A stretch of 52,033 nucleotides of DNA, taken from NCBI GenBank assembly GCA_037380845.1, contig JARRRI010000020.1, forward strand, positions 1 to 52,033, in the 5' to 3' direction. This DNA is from Candidatus Sulfobium sp. Lineage in GTDB: Bacteria > Nitrospirota > Thermodesulfovibrionia > Thermodesulfovibrionales > UBA6898. A program made the position numbers and the translations under genes. Positions 7,426 through 17,884 of the stretch are shown one piece after another (the stretch's first letter is position 1; each line of letters opens with the position of its first letter). The notes beneath the pieces were generated by a model. The model searched no databases. It had not been told where the DNA came from and was given only the letters and a program-made list of their open reading frames with translations.

Positions 7426-8859
7426 TCATCTTTTTCTCTGGCTCTGCGCCGGGATTTTCAGTTCTTCCCTGTACTTGGCAACCGTCCTCCTGGCGATGGT
7501 AATGTCCTGGCTCCTGAATATTTCCACAATCTTCATGTCACTCAGGGGCTTCCGCGGGTCCTCCTCGGCGACGATCTTCCTGATCATGTCCTTCACGGTG
7601 GTGGAAGAGACACTGCCTGATTCACTCGGTATCGCGTTGCTGAAGAAAAATCTGAAACTGTAAATCCCCTGCGGGCAGGAGAGGTACTTGTTCGACGTTA
7701 CCCTGCTGATCGTACTTTCGTGGAGGTTCAGTTCGGCGGCGATGTCTTTGAGGTTCAGCGGCCTCAAAGCAGTCACACCGCGGTCAAAGAAATCATTCTG
7801 GAAAGCGAGTATGCTCTCTGTTACCCTGTAGATGGTCTTGTTTCTCTGGTCGAGGCTTTTCATCAGCCAGATTGCCGAACGGAGCTTGTCCTCCAGAAAC
7901 TGCCTGTCTTCCTTGGGGATGGAATTCCTCTTGGCAAGCAGACGCTGATAATAGTTGTTGATCCTTATTCTGGGCAGCCCCTCGTCATTGAGGATTATCT
8001 GGTAGCCGCTCTCGGTCCTTATTATATAAACATCCGGCGTAATGTAATTGGCCGGGGAAGATGCGAAATTCCGACCGGGCTTCGGATCGAGTCCTTCTAT
8101 GATCTTTACGGCCGCCATGACCTCTTCCAGTGATACTCCGTGGATGCCCGCCATCTGCTGATACTTTCTTTTCCCCAGCAGGTCAAGGTTTTCGGTAATC
8201 AGTTTTTCGGCCAGCGAACCCTGAAGATCAAGCGCCTTCAGCTGAAGCAGAAGACATTCCCGGATGTCCCTGGCCGCAATTCCCGGCGGATCAAAACTCT
8301 GGACCAGCCGGAGGGCCCTGCGCACTGTCTCCAGGTCGGTGGAGGCCTGCTCAATCACTTCCTCGTCGGAAACCTTGAGGTAGCCGTTTTCATCGATGTT
8401 GCCGATTATGATCTCCCCCGCATTCCTGACAGTTTCGCTCTCCCTCGACAGGCGGAGCTGCCAGATGAGGTGATCGAAAAGGTCCGAGGACGAGCTGAGA
8501 AAATACTCGAATGAAGGCTGAGTTACGTTCCCCGGCGTAAAGTAACCGAGGTCCCTGCCGTCATAGCTCCTCTCTTCGAAATAATCTTCCGAGGCGAAGT
8601 TTATCAGCTTTTCGAGCGGCATTTCGGTGTCGTCATGGTCCTGACGGGACTCAAGGGTGTCCTTTTCATCCCCTCCCGCATAATCCTCTGCCTGGGAATC
8701 GGTCGCCTCTTCCAGAAAGGGGTTCTCCGTCAGTTCCTGATTGAGGGCCTGGGACAATTCAAGTTGGGGCATCTGCAAAAGCTTGATCGCCATCTGCAGC
8801 TGCGGCGTCAGCACCAGTTTCTGCGAAAGCTTCAGCTCCAGCCTGCCTTCAAGCGCCAT
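7426..8859 (-). CDS. rpoN: RNA polymerase sigma-54 factor
   Basis: LTPQLQMAIKLLQ, HESTISR, RpoN box ARRTVAKYRE. Confidence 0.98.
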   Translation of the reverse strand: MALEGRLELKLSQKLVLTPQLQMAIKLLQMPQLELSQALNQELTENPFLEEATDSQAEDYAGGDEKDTLESRQDHDDTEMPLEKLINFASEDYFEERSYDGRDLGYFTPGNVTQPSFEYFLSSSSDLFDHLIWQLRLSRESETVRNAGEIIIGNIDENGYLKVSDEEVIEQASTDLETVRRALRLVQSFDPPGIAARDIRECLLLQLKALDLQGSLAEKLITENLDLLGKRKYQQMAGIHGVSLEEVMAAVKIIEGLDPKPGRNFASSPANYITPDVYIIRTESGYQIILNDEGLPRIRINNYYQRLLAKRNSIPKEDRQFLEDKLRSAIWLMKSLDQRNKTIYRVTESILAFQNDFFDRGVTALRPLNLKDIAAELNLHESTISRVTSNKYLSCPQGIYSFRFFFSNAIPSESGSVSSTTVKDMIRKIVAEEDPRKPLSDMKIVEIFRSQDITIARRTVAKYREELKIPAQSQRKR

Positions 8860-9581
8860 TACAGTCTGAACTCCTCACCGAGATAAACTTCACGTACCCT
8901 GGGGGCAACGACCAGTTCGTCAGGCGCGCCTTCTTCCAGAATTTCTCCGCAGCTGATGATATAAGCCCTGTCGGTAATGGAGAGAGTATCCCGGACGTTA
9001 TGGTCCGTAATGATTATCCCCAAACCCTTCTCCTTCAGGTATGTGAGCATCTTCTTCAGTTCGATAATAGCCAGGGGGTCGATTCCGGCAAAAGGTTCAT
9101 CGAAGAGTATGAAGGTCGGCCTTGTAGCAATCGCCCTGGCGATCTCCGCCCGTCTCCGCTCTCCGCCTGAAAGCCTGTAGCCGTTCCTCCCCGAAAACTC
9201 CTCGAGGTTGAACTCCCGGAGCAGGCGCGATACCTCGGCATCTGTCCCGCCGTCCGCCACACCTGCAATCTCGATCACCGCTCTGAGATTGTCCTCCACG
9301 GAAAGTTTTCTGAATATGGAAGGTTCCTGGGGGAGATAGCTGATCCCCATCGCGGCACGCTTGTACATAGGCAGGCCGCTTATATCGATGCCGTCGAGAT
9401 AAATATTCCCTTTTTCGGGTCTTACCAGCCCGAGGATGCTGTAAAAGGTCGTGGTTTTGCCCGCCCCGTTGGGTCCGAGGAGACCGACTATTTCACCCGT
9501 GGCGACATGGAGGTCGATATTCCTGACAACCACTTTTTTCTTGTATGACTTGTAGAGACCTTTTACTTCAAGCATGTGCAT
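8859..9581 (-). CDS. lptB: LPS export ABC transporter ATP-binding protein
   Basis: GPNGAGKTT, YLPQEPSIFRKL, LSGGERRR, DEPFAGIDP, TDHNVR. Confidence 0.96.
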   Translation of the reverse strand: MHMLEVKGLYKSYKKKVVVRNIDLHVATGEIVGLLGPNGAGKTTTFYSILGLVRPEKGNIYLDGIDISGLPMYKRAAMGISYLPQEPSIFRKLSVEDNLRAVIEIAGVADGGTDAEVSRLLREFNLEEFSGRNGYRLSGGERRRAEIARAIATRPTFILFDEPFAGIDPLAIIELKKMLTYLKEKGLGIIITDHNVRDTLSITDRAYIISCGEILEEGAPDELVVAPRVREVYLGEEFRL

Positions 9582-10049
9582 TCAGTGCGCCCCGCCATTT
9601 TTCAGAATGACCCTGCTGTCTTCGACGTACGAACGGTCTTCGGCGATAAAGTACGTCATCTTCGAACCGGTAACGACGTTTTCCCCGTCTACCGCCCGCG
9701 GTTCGCCCGTGAAGACGACCTTGTCCTGGCCGGCAAAGTACGTGGCTTCGCGAGAGGTAATGACGCGGGTGTCTTTATAGAGTTTGACATTACCCGTTGC
9801 CTCTATCTTGATAACATTGCCCCCTTGCTCTGTGTAGAACACGAGCATACTGTCGGCGTATAGTGTCATATCCGGAGTCTTTGCCACAACATTTTTTTGA
9901 AAAAGGGCCGTATGTGCCCTGTTATCGGCGGTAAGGGTGCCCGAGGTGACCGTAATGGGACCCTTTACCTGCGGCTTCGGCGCAGCGAAAGCGGCCAGAG
10001 CCGGCAATATCAACAAGGCCATACTAATTATAGAAAACCGCTTTAACAT
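9582..10049 (-). CDS. lptA: LptA/OstA family LPS transport periplasmic protein
   Basis: Signal peptide, beta-jellyroll-like pattern (IEATGNV, VVFTGEP), located between lptC and lptB. Confidence 0.85.
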   Translation of the reverse strand: MLKRFSIISMALLILPALAAFAAPKPQVKGPITVTSGTLTADNRAHTALFQKNVVAKTPDMTLYADSMLVFYTEQGGNVIKIEATGNVKLYKDTRVITSREATYFAGQDKVVFTGEPRAVDGENVVTGSKMTYFIAEDRSYVEDSRVILKNGGAH

Positions 10050-10536
10050 CCTTCAGGATCCTGACTTTGTGTTCTGCATTGTTCATATCCATGCCTTTTC
10101 CCCGGACCGTGAATTTCTTTCCCTTTATAATAACGTCCCCTTTGGTGGCCAGATTGTCGTCTGTGCCCTTGAACACCACGTTACGTGAAGTGATTGAATA
10201 GGAATTCCCCTGTGCAACGGTCCTGCCGTCCAGGGTGAGGCTCCTGTCGGCCAGGTTGTAGCTGCCCTTTTCGGAGTGTACTGTCAGCCCCCGGTCTTCG
10301 ATCTTTATCTCCATGTTTTTCAGGTATGCGATCCTGCCGTCCGGGGTGATATCCGCCCTATCCGCCGTGAGCACCCAGTCCGTGCTCCCGTCTTTCCTGT
10401 TTACGATTCTTACCCCTTCTATGTAGGAATTACCGGTTTGGTGCAAGCCGAGCCCTCTTTCTCTTCCCCCTTTTACGGTATAAAAAAGGAGGGAGCAAAG
10501 GACCAGCGAAAGGATCACCAGCAGAGTGCGTCTCAT
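10024..10536 (-). CDS. lptC: LPS export periplasmic protein LptC
   Basis: N-terminal TM, WVLTADRA, GKGM near the C-terminus; position in the lpt operon. Confidence 0.8.
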   Translation of the reverse strand: MRRTLLVILSLVLCSLLFYTVKGGRERGLGLHQTGNSYIEGVRIVNRKDGSTDWVLTADRADITPDGRIAYLKNMEIKIEDRGLTVHSEKGSYNLADRSLTLDGRTVAQGNSYSITSRNVVFKGTDDNLATKGDVIIKGKKFTVRGKGMDMNNAEHKVRILKDVKAVFYN

Positions 10537-10587
10537 GAAAAATTTTATCATATGGGCTTAGTTAAGTAAAGGCAAATAGTGTGCCAG

Positions 10588-11415
10588 TTACCGCCGGGGA
10601 CCCTTGAGAAGCGCATTTCTCATGACGTCGACGGGAGGAAATACAGATGTCCAGAGCTCGAAGGCCAGCACACCCTGCCAGAGGAGCATTCCCATGCCGT
10701 CGACGGTCCGGCAGCCCTTGTTCTTCGCTTCTTCGAGCAGGCGTGTTTTCCCATATATCAGGTCGCATACGGTGTGCCCGGGTGTCAGGGCGGAGACGTC
10801 GAAGGGGAAGGGATCGCCGGCTTTCAGACCGAGCGGAGTGGCGTTGATTATTAAATCAAACCCCGACAGGTCACCCATCTTTTCGTATGAAGATACGTTC
10901 GACCTGATTTTGAGGAGGTCCGATACGAGGTCATCCATCCTGTTCCGCGCAACGTCGCGCAGGAAAAGGGCTTCCGCCTTTTCGCTCAGGTAATAACTGA
11001 CAGCCCTCGACGCCCCTCCCGCACCGACTATGAGGACCTTCCTGTTTTCGACGGAGATGCCGCTTTCGGCGAGGGAGCGCATGAAGCCCCTTCCGTCGGT
11101 GTTGTACCCTCTGAGGTTGCCTTCCGAATTCACGACCGTATTTACGGCTCCTATGAAAGCGGCCTCTTCATCCACGTCGTCGAGCAACGGAATTACCGCC
11201 TGCTTATGGGGGACAGTTACATTCACACCCGCCATATTGAGCGCCCTCACGGCTTCCACCGCCTGCCTGAGGGAATCCGGTCGGACAAGGAAGGGCAGAT
11301 AGCAGTAATCCAGCCCGAGACGTTCGAAAGCCGCGTTGTGCATCGAGGGCGACAGCGTATGCTCCACCGGGCAGCCGAAAAGTCCGGTTATCTTCGTTTT
11401 GCCGTTGATATGCAT
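10588..11415 (-). CDS. aroE: Shikimate dehydrogenase
   Basis: HTLSPSMHN, NVTVPHK, GAVNT, NTDG, GAGGA, INATPLG. Confidence 0.96.
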   Translation of the reverse strand: MHINGKTKITGLFGCPVEHTLSPSMHNAAFERLGLDYCYLPFLVRPDSLRQAVEAVRALNMAGVNVTVPHKQAVIPLLDDVDEEAAFIGAVNTVVNSEGNLRGYNTDGRGFMRSLAESGISVENRKVLIVGAGGASRAVSYYLSEKAEALFLRDVARNRMDDLVSDLLKIRSNVSSYEKMGDLSGFDLIINATPLGLKAGDPFPFDVSALTPGHTVCDLIYGKTRLLEEAKNKGCRTVDGMGMLLWQGVLAFELWTSVFPPVDVMRNALLKGPRR

Positions 11416-11461
11416 TCCGGTTCTCCTTTTCCGGCCGGCCGTGGCAATTCCCGCCGGCCGG

Positions 11462-12766
11462 TCACTTCAGTCCCGCGATAGCGTCCGCGAGACCCTGAGG
11501 CGTTGCCTCGGTCCTTACCGCCTTCAGTCCCGTCGCCTCCTCGATGTCGCGGAGCGATACGCCATCGAGGAACACGTCTTCGTCTTCCTTGAGCGCAGCG
11601 TCCGGAACGAGTAAAGCCCTGTAGGGCCCCGTGACATCATGCAGCGACCTTATGATGTCACGGCCCGTAAGCAGTCCGGTTACGCTGACTGTGGGCCCGA
11701 AAAAATTGTTTTCGACCTCCGTTACATCTATCTCCACGCCTTCCTTTTCAGAAAGCCGGTCAGCGAATTTTTTCAGAAAAGGATAAAACGATGTTCCCGT
11801 GAATGTCAGAAAAGCCCCTCCAGGCGCCGACTCTTTCGGAAGCGGAAGCTTCACTTTTCTTGACTGGCTGATGAAGAGGGGGACCATGCCTACACCGTTT
11901 TCTATCTGCGGAAGCATGCCGTATTCCCTCAGGGGCGGAAACGGATGTCCGGCCTTTATATACATTTCGTCGGCGCAGTAAACGATCGAATCTCCGTGCC
12001 TTTTCTTGAACCTCTTCTGGAAAGATTCTACCGTCTTTATCGCACTGGCGGCGTCCCCTTTCGAAAAAGGGTCGAAGGGATGACGTCCATGAGCCGTCAA
12101 GCCCACGGGAACAACGGCTATGGAGGCGACATAGGGATAGAGCTTGTGAAGGTCCCGGATGGTATTCTGAAGCTCCCTCCCGTCGTTATAGCCCGGACAA
12201 AGAACGATCTGGGTATGTACCCTTATTTTATTGTCAGTAAAAAATCTGAGTTCCCGCATAATATCGGGGGCCTTGGGGTTTCCGATCATCCTGTTGCGGA
12301 GCGTCCTGTTTGTCGTGTGCACCGATATGAAAAGAGGGCTCAACCTCTGTTCCACAATCCTCTTCTTGTCTTTCGGGTCCATATTGGAGAGGGTCATGTA
12401 GTTGCCGTAAAGAAAGGACAGCCTGTAGTCTTCATCCTTTACATAGAGAGACCTCCTCAGGCCTTTGGGCAACTGTTTGACGAAACAGAATATGCAATTA
12501 TTCCTGCAGGTCTTCACCTTAAAAGGTTTGACGGTCAGGCCTATGTCGTTTCCGCCTTCGGCAATGATCCGCAATTTCTTCTTCGCTCCTGCCCTCAGGA
12601 ATTCGATGTCGAGCTCTTCCGACTTATAGAACATGAAATCGATGACGTCATGCATGGGGTGACGGTTCAGGGAGGTGATAATGTCTCCCCGGCGCAGTCC
12701 GCCCTTTTCCGCCGGGCCTCCCGGAATTACGCTTTCGATTTCTATGCCGTTCGTTCTAGGCGGCAT
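11462..12766 (-). CDS. PDZ + radical-SAM-like DUF512 protein
   Basis: N-terminal PDZ-like segment, CRNNCIFC, KDEDYRLSFLYGNY, QIENGVG. Confidence 0.9.
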   Translation of the reverse strand: MPPRTNGIEIESVIPGGPAEKGGLRRGDIITSLNRHPMHDVIDFMFYKSEELDIEFLRAGAKKKLRIIAEGGNDIGLTVKPFKVKTCRNNCIFCFVKQLPKGLRRSLYVKDEDYRLSFLYGNYMTLSNMDPKDKKRIVEQRLSPLFISVHTTNRTLRNRMIGNPKAPDIMRELRFFTDNKIRVHTQIVLCPGYNDGRELQNTIRDLHKLYPYVASIAVVPVGLTAHGRHPFDPFSKGDAASAIKTVESFQKRFKKRHGDSIVYCADEMYIKAGHPFPPLREYGMLPQIENGVGMVPLFISQSRKVKLPLPKESAPGGAFLTFTGTSFYPFLKKFADRLSEKEGVEIDVTEVENNFFGPTVSVTGLLTGRDIIRSLHDVTGPYRALLVPDAALKEDEDVFLDGVSLRDIEEATGLKAVRTEATPQGLADAIAGLK

Positions 12767-13301
12767 TGGTCATCCTGAATCCCTTGTAGATATATTGAAG
12801 TCCCGAAACGGCGGCCACTGAAGCGATCAGCAGCAGGACAAAGCCGGGCACCGGAGGCAGCCCGGCCACGTTCAGACCCAGCAGAACGTAGGCCAGCGTT
12901 GCCAGCTCCAGCGCAACAGAGAGTTTCCCCAGCAGGACCGGTTCCACCCTTGAGTTCTGTGTTACCAGATACAGGAGAAACCACCCGATCACGACAATGA
13001 CGTCCCTGCTTATGACGGCGACGGTGAACCATCTGGGTATCCAGCCGTATATGGAAAAAAAGATGAAGGACGTCACCAGGAGAAACTTGTCGGCCAGGGG
13101 GTCGAGAAACGTCCCCAGGGCCGTCTTCTGGTCCGTCATCCTTGCGAACAGTCCGTCGAGCATGTCTGTAAGAGCCGCGAACACGAAAAGGTAGAGACCG
13201 TACCTGTACCTGCCGTAGATCATGGCGGTGATGAACACGGGTATGATAACTATCCGCAGAATCGTCAGCGTATTGGGAACATTCATCACCCTCAAAACCA
13301 A
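12756..13301 (-). CDS. CDP-alcohol phosphatidyltransferase (PgsA family)
   Basis: NVPNTLTILR, TDMLDGLFAR...GTFLDPLADK. Confidence 0.92.
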   Translation of the reverse strand: MVLRVMNVPNTLTILRIVIIPVFITAMIYGRYRYGLYLFVFAALTDMLDGLFARMTDQKTALGTFLDPLADKFLLVTSFIFFSIYGWIPRWFTVAVISRDVIVVIGWFLLYLVTQNSRVEPVLLGKLSVALELATLAYVLLGLNVAGLPPVPGFVLLLIASVAAVSGLQYIYKGFRMTNAA

Positions 13302-13390
13302 GGACCTCCTGTAACATCTGTTCTAAACGGTAACCGGAAGAGGCAAAGCACGAACTCGGACCGGACCTGGGCCGGTCCCGGACCTCCACA

Positions 13391-14476
13391 TCAGGGGATG
13401 TTGAAAGGCATCCCGCTGAAACTCAATTTCAACCCCAGCCTGGCATGACACGCATTTTTCTTCCCGCCTGAGAGGTGTGAGGCCATCATTTCGGCGTGGC
13501 ATCTCTCCACTTTGAAGCCGTACCGCCTGGCCCCCGCTATCGACCCATCGATATATTTTTTCGCCAGCGCCTTCCTTCCCCGGAGCATCGCTATTTCTCC
13601 CATGCCGAGCCTGCAGTAAATAAGCCCCCTGGGGTCTTTGGTCCTGGTGAAAAGTCCTTGAGCGGTCCTGAAACATTGCCGTGCATTATCATAATCCCCC
13701 AGCATCTTGTGAGTAGTCCCCATACTCCAGAGTGTGTAAGCATAACTTACCCTGTCGCCGAATTTCTTATAAAGGGAGGATGCCTGGCGGAAATTGGCCA
13801 TGGCCTTATCGTAATCGCCGAGCATTCGGAAGGCATTGCCGGTACCGCAAAAAGAATAGGCCATGCCGAAACGGTCGTCTATATCGGTAAACACCCTGTT
13901 TGCCTTCCTGTAATACCGAAGTGAGTCCCTGAAAAGGCCGGCAATGCGGGAAGTCCCGCCCAGGCCGCACAGGCTGTAGCCGCTCTCCGCCTGCAGCCGC
14001 AGAGACCGGTATATATCCAGAGACTCCCGGAACCCCTCAATGGCCTTTAATATATCTCCCTCTATCCTCATGTTACCGGCGGCAGCCCAGAGGGCGAAGG
14101 CCTCTGCCTGTCTGTCACCGGTCTTCCGGTAAAACTTCAGCGCATCCCTGAAAAAGGGCCGCGCGTTTTTCCAGTCACCCTTTCCCCTCAGCGAGAGACC
14201 CGTATTGGTTTTCGCGTCGGCTACCGAGCAGGGGTCATTTATTGCCTCACCTGCAGCCATGGCCTCCTGATAGGACTCTACCGCACGGTCGAAATCGCCT
14301 GTCATCCGGCAGACATCGCCTATCGAGAAACGGCAGTCGAGAATCCCCTGCAGGTCGCCCAGGGCAGAATATCCCTTCAGTGCTTTTTTGAAAAGAGACA
14401 GGGACTCGGCATACCGGTTCTTTCCTCTGAGTCCCTCCGCCCTTCTGAACAGTCTATTCGTTTCCGAGGAGTTCAT
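13391..14476 (-). CDS. Tetratricopeptide repeat protein
   Basis: Repeated ~40-aa TPR-like units ([26 protein letters not shown]). Confidence 0.85.
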   Translation of the reverse strand: MNSSETNRLFRRAEGLRGKNRYAESLSLFKKALKGYSALGDLQGILDCRFSIGDVCRMTGDFDRAVESYQEAMAAGEAINDPCSVADAKTNTGLSLRGKGDWKNARPFFRDALKFYRKTGDRQAEAFALWAAAGNMRIEGDILKAIEGFRESLDIYRSLRLQAESGYSLCGLGGTSRIAGLFRDSLRYYRKANRVFTDIDDRFGMAYSFCGTGNAFRMLGDYDKAMANFRQASSLYKKFGDRVSYAYTLWSMGTTHKMLGDYDNARQCFRTAQGLFTRTKDPRGLIYCRLGMGEIAMLRGRKALAKKYIDGSIAGARRYGFKVERCHAEMMASHLSGGKKNACHARLGLKLSFSGMPFNIP

Positions 14477-15113
14477 TCAGCCTCTTCATGGTGACCATAT
14501 AATTTTCAGAATTGAAAAAAGCCGATCCCATAACAAGGATGTCGGCCCCCGCTTCGGCGACCGCCTTTGCGTTCGCAGGCTTTACGCCGCCGTCCACTTC
14601 TATGGAAACGGGCAGCCCCTTCTCAGTAATCATCTTCCTGAGCGATCTCGTTTTTTCCAGGCTGCCCGTGATGAAGTCCTGCCCCCCGAAACCCGGGTTC
14701 ACGGACATGACGAGCACCAAGTCTACTTCGTCCAGGATATTTTCCAGGCTCCCCAGCGGGGTCGCGGGGTTCAGAGAGACACCGGCCCTGACGCCGCTCT
14801 CCCTTGTCCGCTGTATGGTCCTGTGCAGGTGACGGCACGCCTCGCAATGAACTGTCAGGATATCCGCCCCGGCGTCGACGAAGTCGTCCAGATACCTGTC
14901 GGGCTCCTCTATCATCAGGTGAACATCAAGGGGAAGCTTCGTGACCTTCCTGACGGCTTCAACCACCAGGCTTCCGATAGTGATGTTCGGAACGAAATGA
15001 CCGTCCATGACGTCTATATGGATCATATGTGCGCCAGCTTCCTCGGCGGCCTTAACCTCCTCTCCCAGGCGCGAAAAATCAGCCGAGAGTATGGACGGAG
15101 CGATCTTAATCAT
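14454..15113 (-). CDS. rpe: Ribulose-phosphate 3-epimerase
   Basis: [36 protein letters not shown]. Confidence 0.97.
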   Translation of the reverse strand: MIKIAPSILSADFSRLGEEVKAAEEAGAHMIHIDVMDGHFVPNITIGSLVVEAVRKVTKLPLDVHLMIEEPDRYLDDFVDAGADILTVHCEACRHLHRTIQRTRESGVRAGVSLNPATPLGSLENILDEVDLVLVMSVNPGFGGQDFITGSLEKTRSLRKMITEKGLPVSIEVDGGVKPANAKAVAEAGADILVMGSAFFNSENYMVTMKRLNELLGNE

Positions 15114-15804
15114 AGCTTGCTTCCCCTTTCAGCATAAGGTGCAAACTGTCGCCGTTTCTGACCTCGGTTCCCGCCGGCGGTTCTTGTGAGGCTATTACCG
15201 GACCCGTGCCGGAGGTCTCGACGGTGAGCCCCATCTTCTGGGCGATCCGTCTAGCCTCATCCAGGTCTTTACCGGAGAAGTCGGGGCAGTAGTATCCTAT
15301 ATCCTGAGGACCGAGGCTGACGAGAACGGTAATGGGTTCCGTGAGTCTTTCATCAGGCGCGGGCTTTTGGGCCACGATCCTGTTTTTTCCGACCGAGTCG
15401 GTATGCACCTTTATCACCTTCCCTATCTTTAGCCCTTTCTCCATCAGCGCCGCCTCTGCGTCACTGAGAGGCATGTTTACTATCAACGGAATGGAGTAGA
15501 CCCTCGGCCCTTTGCTCACGACCACCCCTATCGACCTTTTTTCTTTCACCGTATTGCCCGCAGGGATATCCTGCCGCAGTATCCTGCCGGGCTGCACCCT
15601 GGGATCATAATCTTCTCCCTCGATCTTCAGGTAGAGTCCGGACTTGTTAAGGACTTCGTCGGCTTCCAGAAGACTCATGTTATGGAGTGAGGGGGCCTGG
15701 ACCGTCCGGCTGAAGCTCAATATTCGGAAAGTGGTGTATCCGAATGTAATTCCAAGCAGCACGAAGACAGTGAAGAGGACGGGAATCCTGATGATGCTGC
15801 TCAA
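15106..15804 (-). CDS. PASTA domain membrane protein
   Basis: N-terminal TM plus three PASTA-like repeats (QDIPAG, QKPAPD, QEPPAG); start uncertain (TTG). Confidence 0.85.
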   Translation of the reverse strand: MSSIIRIPVLFTVFVLLGITFGYTTFRILSFSRTVQAPSLHNMSLLEADEVLNKSGLYLKIEGEDYDPRVQPGRILRQDIPAGNTVKEKRSIGVVVSKGPRVYSIPLIVNMPLSDAEAALMEKGLKIGKVIKVHTDSVGKNRIVAQKPAPDERLTEPITVLVSLGPQDIGYYCPDFSGKDLDEARRIAQKMGLTVETSGTGPVIASQEPPAGTEVRNGDSLHLMLKGEASYD

Positions 15805-17099
15805 TTTACCCCAAAAAAACCGTCCATGTCGTGTTTGTGAGGATAGGTCCTGAAAAAGCCTTCCCGGTTAAAGTCCCTCAAAAAAGTTACAGAATCTATA
15901 ATACGGAAATCGGTCTCCGTCTTCAAGAAATCATTTACCGCCCGTTCCCCTTCCTCAGGTTCGACGGAGCAGACCGAGTATACCATGGTGCCGTCCTCCT
16001 TCAGCAGGGTTGAGACTGAACGAAGCAGTGACGTCTGCCTGTTCCTGTATGCCTCCAGGTCACCCGCCCTCAGACGATACTTGACATCGGGGTTGCGCCT
16101 GATGACGCCTGTTGCAGAGCAGGGCGCATCCAGCAGGATTCTGTCGAAACTCCCCATGCCGCCGGGTTCTGTCATGTCCCGGTTGCTTATTTTTACGGAA
16201 CGTATGCCAAGGCTTTCGATATTATTCACGAGAGCTCCAATGCGCCTGCCGTCCTTCTCCGCCGCAACGATCTCTCCGTTGTCCCCCATAAGCTGTGCGA
16301 TATGGGTGGTCTTTCCTCCGGGGGCGGCGCAGGCATCGAGTATCCTTTCTCCCGGTTTGGGATCGAGCAGGTAAGTTACAAGCTGAGAAGCCTCATCCTG
16401 AACGGCAAACAGCCCCCTGCAGAAATCGAGATCCGAATAAGCCCTGACTTCCTCCAGCGTTATCCCGTCGGGTGAGAACCTCGCCGGCGCCGCCGCTATG
16501 CTGTTCCGCGCCAGCAGGTCAAGAAGTTCTTCCCTCGTTGTTTTCAGGGTGTTTACCCTGATCGTCATCGGCGGAACGGCGTTGTTGGCACGGGCGAGAA
16601 GAAGCGCCTCTTGTTCCCCGAACCTTTCCACCCATCTCCTCACCAGCCATTTCGGGTGAGAAGTATTAACTGCCATGGATATCAGGGGGTCATCGAACTT
16701 AATGGGAAGGGAGAAGCCGTCTTTTCCGCGTAGCAGGTTCCGGAGTACGCCGTTCACGACGGGAGCTTTTCCTCCGCGTACTTTCTTCTCTATCTCTACC
16801 GATTCGTGAACAGCGGCCCATTCCGGTACCCTCATGAAAAGTATCTGGTAAGCCGCGATTCTCAGGTTGTTACGGGTGAAATCGCCGAGTCTTTCAGGTT
16901 TCCTGAGGAAACGGGCCAGGACCCAGTCCAGGGTATCCCTGAACCTCAGTACTCCGTAAACAAGCTCCATAAGAAACGCCCTGTCCCGCCTGTCCGGTGA
17001 GACGGAATGTGCTTCAATGGACTGTTTAGGCCTGGTTCCCGATACGAAAATCTCTCCAAGCGCGGTTACCGCCGAAAGACGGATATTGGGCGTAGACAT
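15801..17099 (-). CDS. rsmB: 16S rRNA m5C967 methyltransferase
   Basis: NusB-like N-terminus, QDEASQ, DACAAPGGKT, DAPCSATG, YSVCS, DGFF; C-terminus unusually short. Confidence 0.93.
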   Translation of the reverse strand: MSTPNIRLSAVTALGEIFVSGTRPKQSIEAHSVSPDRRDRAFLMELVYGVLRFRDTLDWVLARFLRKPERLGDFTRNNLRIAAYQILFMRVPEWAAVHESVEIEKKVRGGKAPVVNGVLRNLLRGKDGFSLPIKFDDPLISMAVNTSHPKWLVRRWVERFGEQEALLLARANNAVPPMTIRVNTLKTTREELLDLLARNSIAAAPARFSPDGITLEEVRAYSDLDFCRGLFAVQDEASQLVTYLLDPKPGERILDACAAPGGKTTHIAQLMGDNGEIVAAEKDGRRIGALVNNIESLGIRSVKISNRDMTEPGGMGSFDRILLDAPCSATGVIRRNPDVKYRLRAGDLEAYRNRQTSLLRSVSTLLKEDGTMVYSVCSVEPEEGERAVNDFLKTETDFRIIDSVTFLRDFNREGFFRTYPHKHDMDGFFGVN

Positions 17100-17232
17100 C
17101 GTGTCTGTTCTCAATAGGTTATTTTAACCCAGTCAATTCGCTATTTTCAGGAAAGGGGCATGCAGTCCGCGTTTATCCATGGTTAAATGCCGTTTGGCAT
17201 GGCGCTGAAAACGGTGCTTTCAGGCTTTTTTT

Positions 17233-17298
17233 GTCATTCCCGTACAGACGGGAATCCAATTATTCCGGCAGCCTCGATACCATCTTCCCCGGTATGAC
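17233..17298. repeat. GTCATTCCC-type REP-like palindromic element, copy 1
   Basis: GTCATTCCC-gtacagac-GGGAATCCA ... degenerate partner ending GGTATGAC. Confidence 0.65.
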
Positions 17299-17367
17299 GG
17301 CATCTGGGCTCGGCCATAAGTTTTCTTCGGCGCCCTGTTACAGGCCAAAATATTTTATAATTAATGC

Positions 17368-17877
17368 ATGGCTGTTTTGGAGATAAAAAAGTATCCGGAA
17401 AAGGTCCTGAAGAAGAAGGCGTTGCCGGTGACCTCATTCGACAGGGAACTGCAGGCTCTTATCGACAATATGATTGAAACGATGTATGCCGCCCCGGGCG
17501 TCGGGTTGGCTGCCCCCCAGGTAGGGGTGTCCAAAAGACTCGCAGTGGTCGATGTCAGCACAAAAGAAGAAGAGGCGCCTTTGCTGGTGCTCATAAATCC
17601 CGTGTTTCTCGGCCGGGAGGGTGAGGTCGAATTCGAAGAAGGCTGCCTGAGCCTGCCTGATTATACCGCACGGGTGAAAAGGGCGGAGCAGGTTGCTGTC
17701 CGTGCTCTGGACAGGGAGGGAAAGGACATGGAGATCGAGTGCGGCGGTCTTCTTGCTGTTGCGCTCCAGCATGAGATAGATCACCTCGATGGTATCCTGC
17801 TTATCGACAGGATAAGTCCCGTTAAGAGGGAGTTTTTCAGAAAGCGCCATCAGAAAACCCGCAAGCAGGTCAAATAA
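17368..17877 (+). CDS. def: Peptide deformylase
   Basis: GVGLAAPQVG, EGCLS, QHEIDHLDG. Confidence 0.97.
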   Translation: MAVLEIKKYPEKVLKKKALPVTSFDRELQALIDNMIETMYAAPGVGLAAPQVGVSKRLAVVDVSTKEEEAPLLVLINPVFLGREGEVEFEEGCLSLPDYTARVKRAEQVAVRALDREGKDMEIECGGLLAVALQHEIDHLDGILLIDRISPVKREFFRKRHQKTRKQVK

Positions 17878-17884
17878 CGTTCCC

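Noticed and set aside
5953..8859. Absence of ptsN/hprK in the rpoN-hpf-rapZ cluster
   Set aside because: Variable among bacteria, and no remnant or junction is visible
13355..13390. GGACC-rich short repeats
   Set aside because: Explained by one small hairpin (GGACCGG/CCGGTCC) in an intergenic spacer; too short for an array
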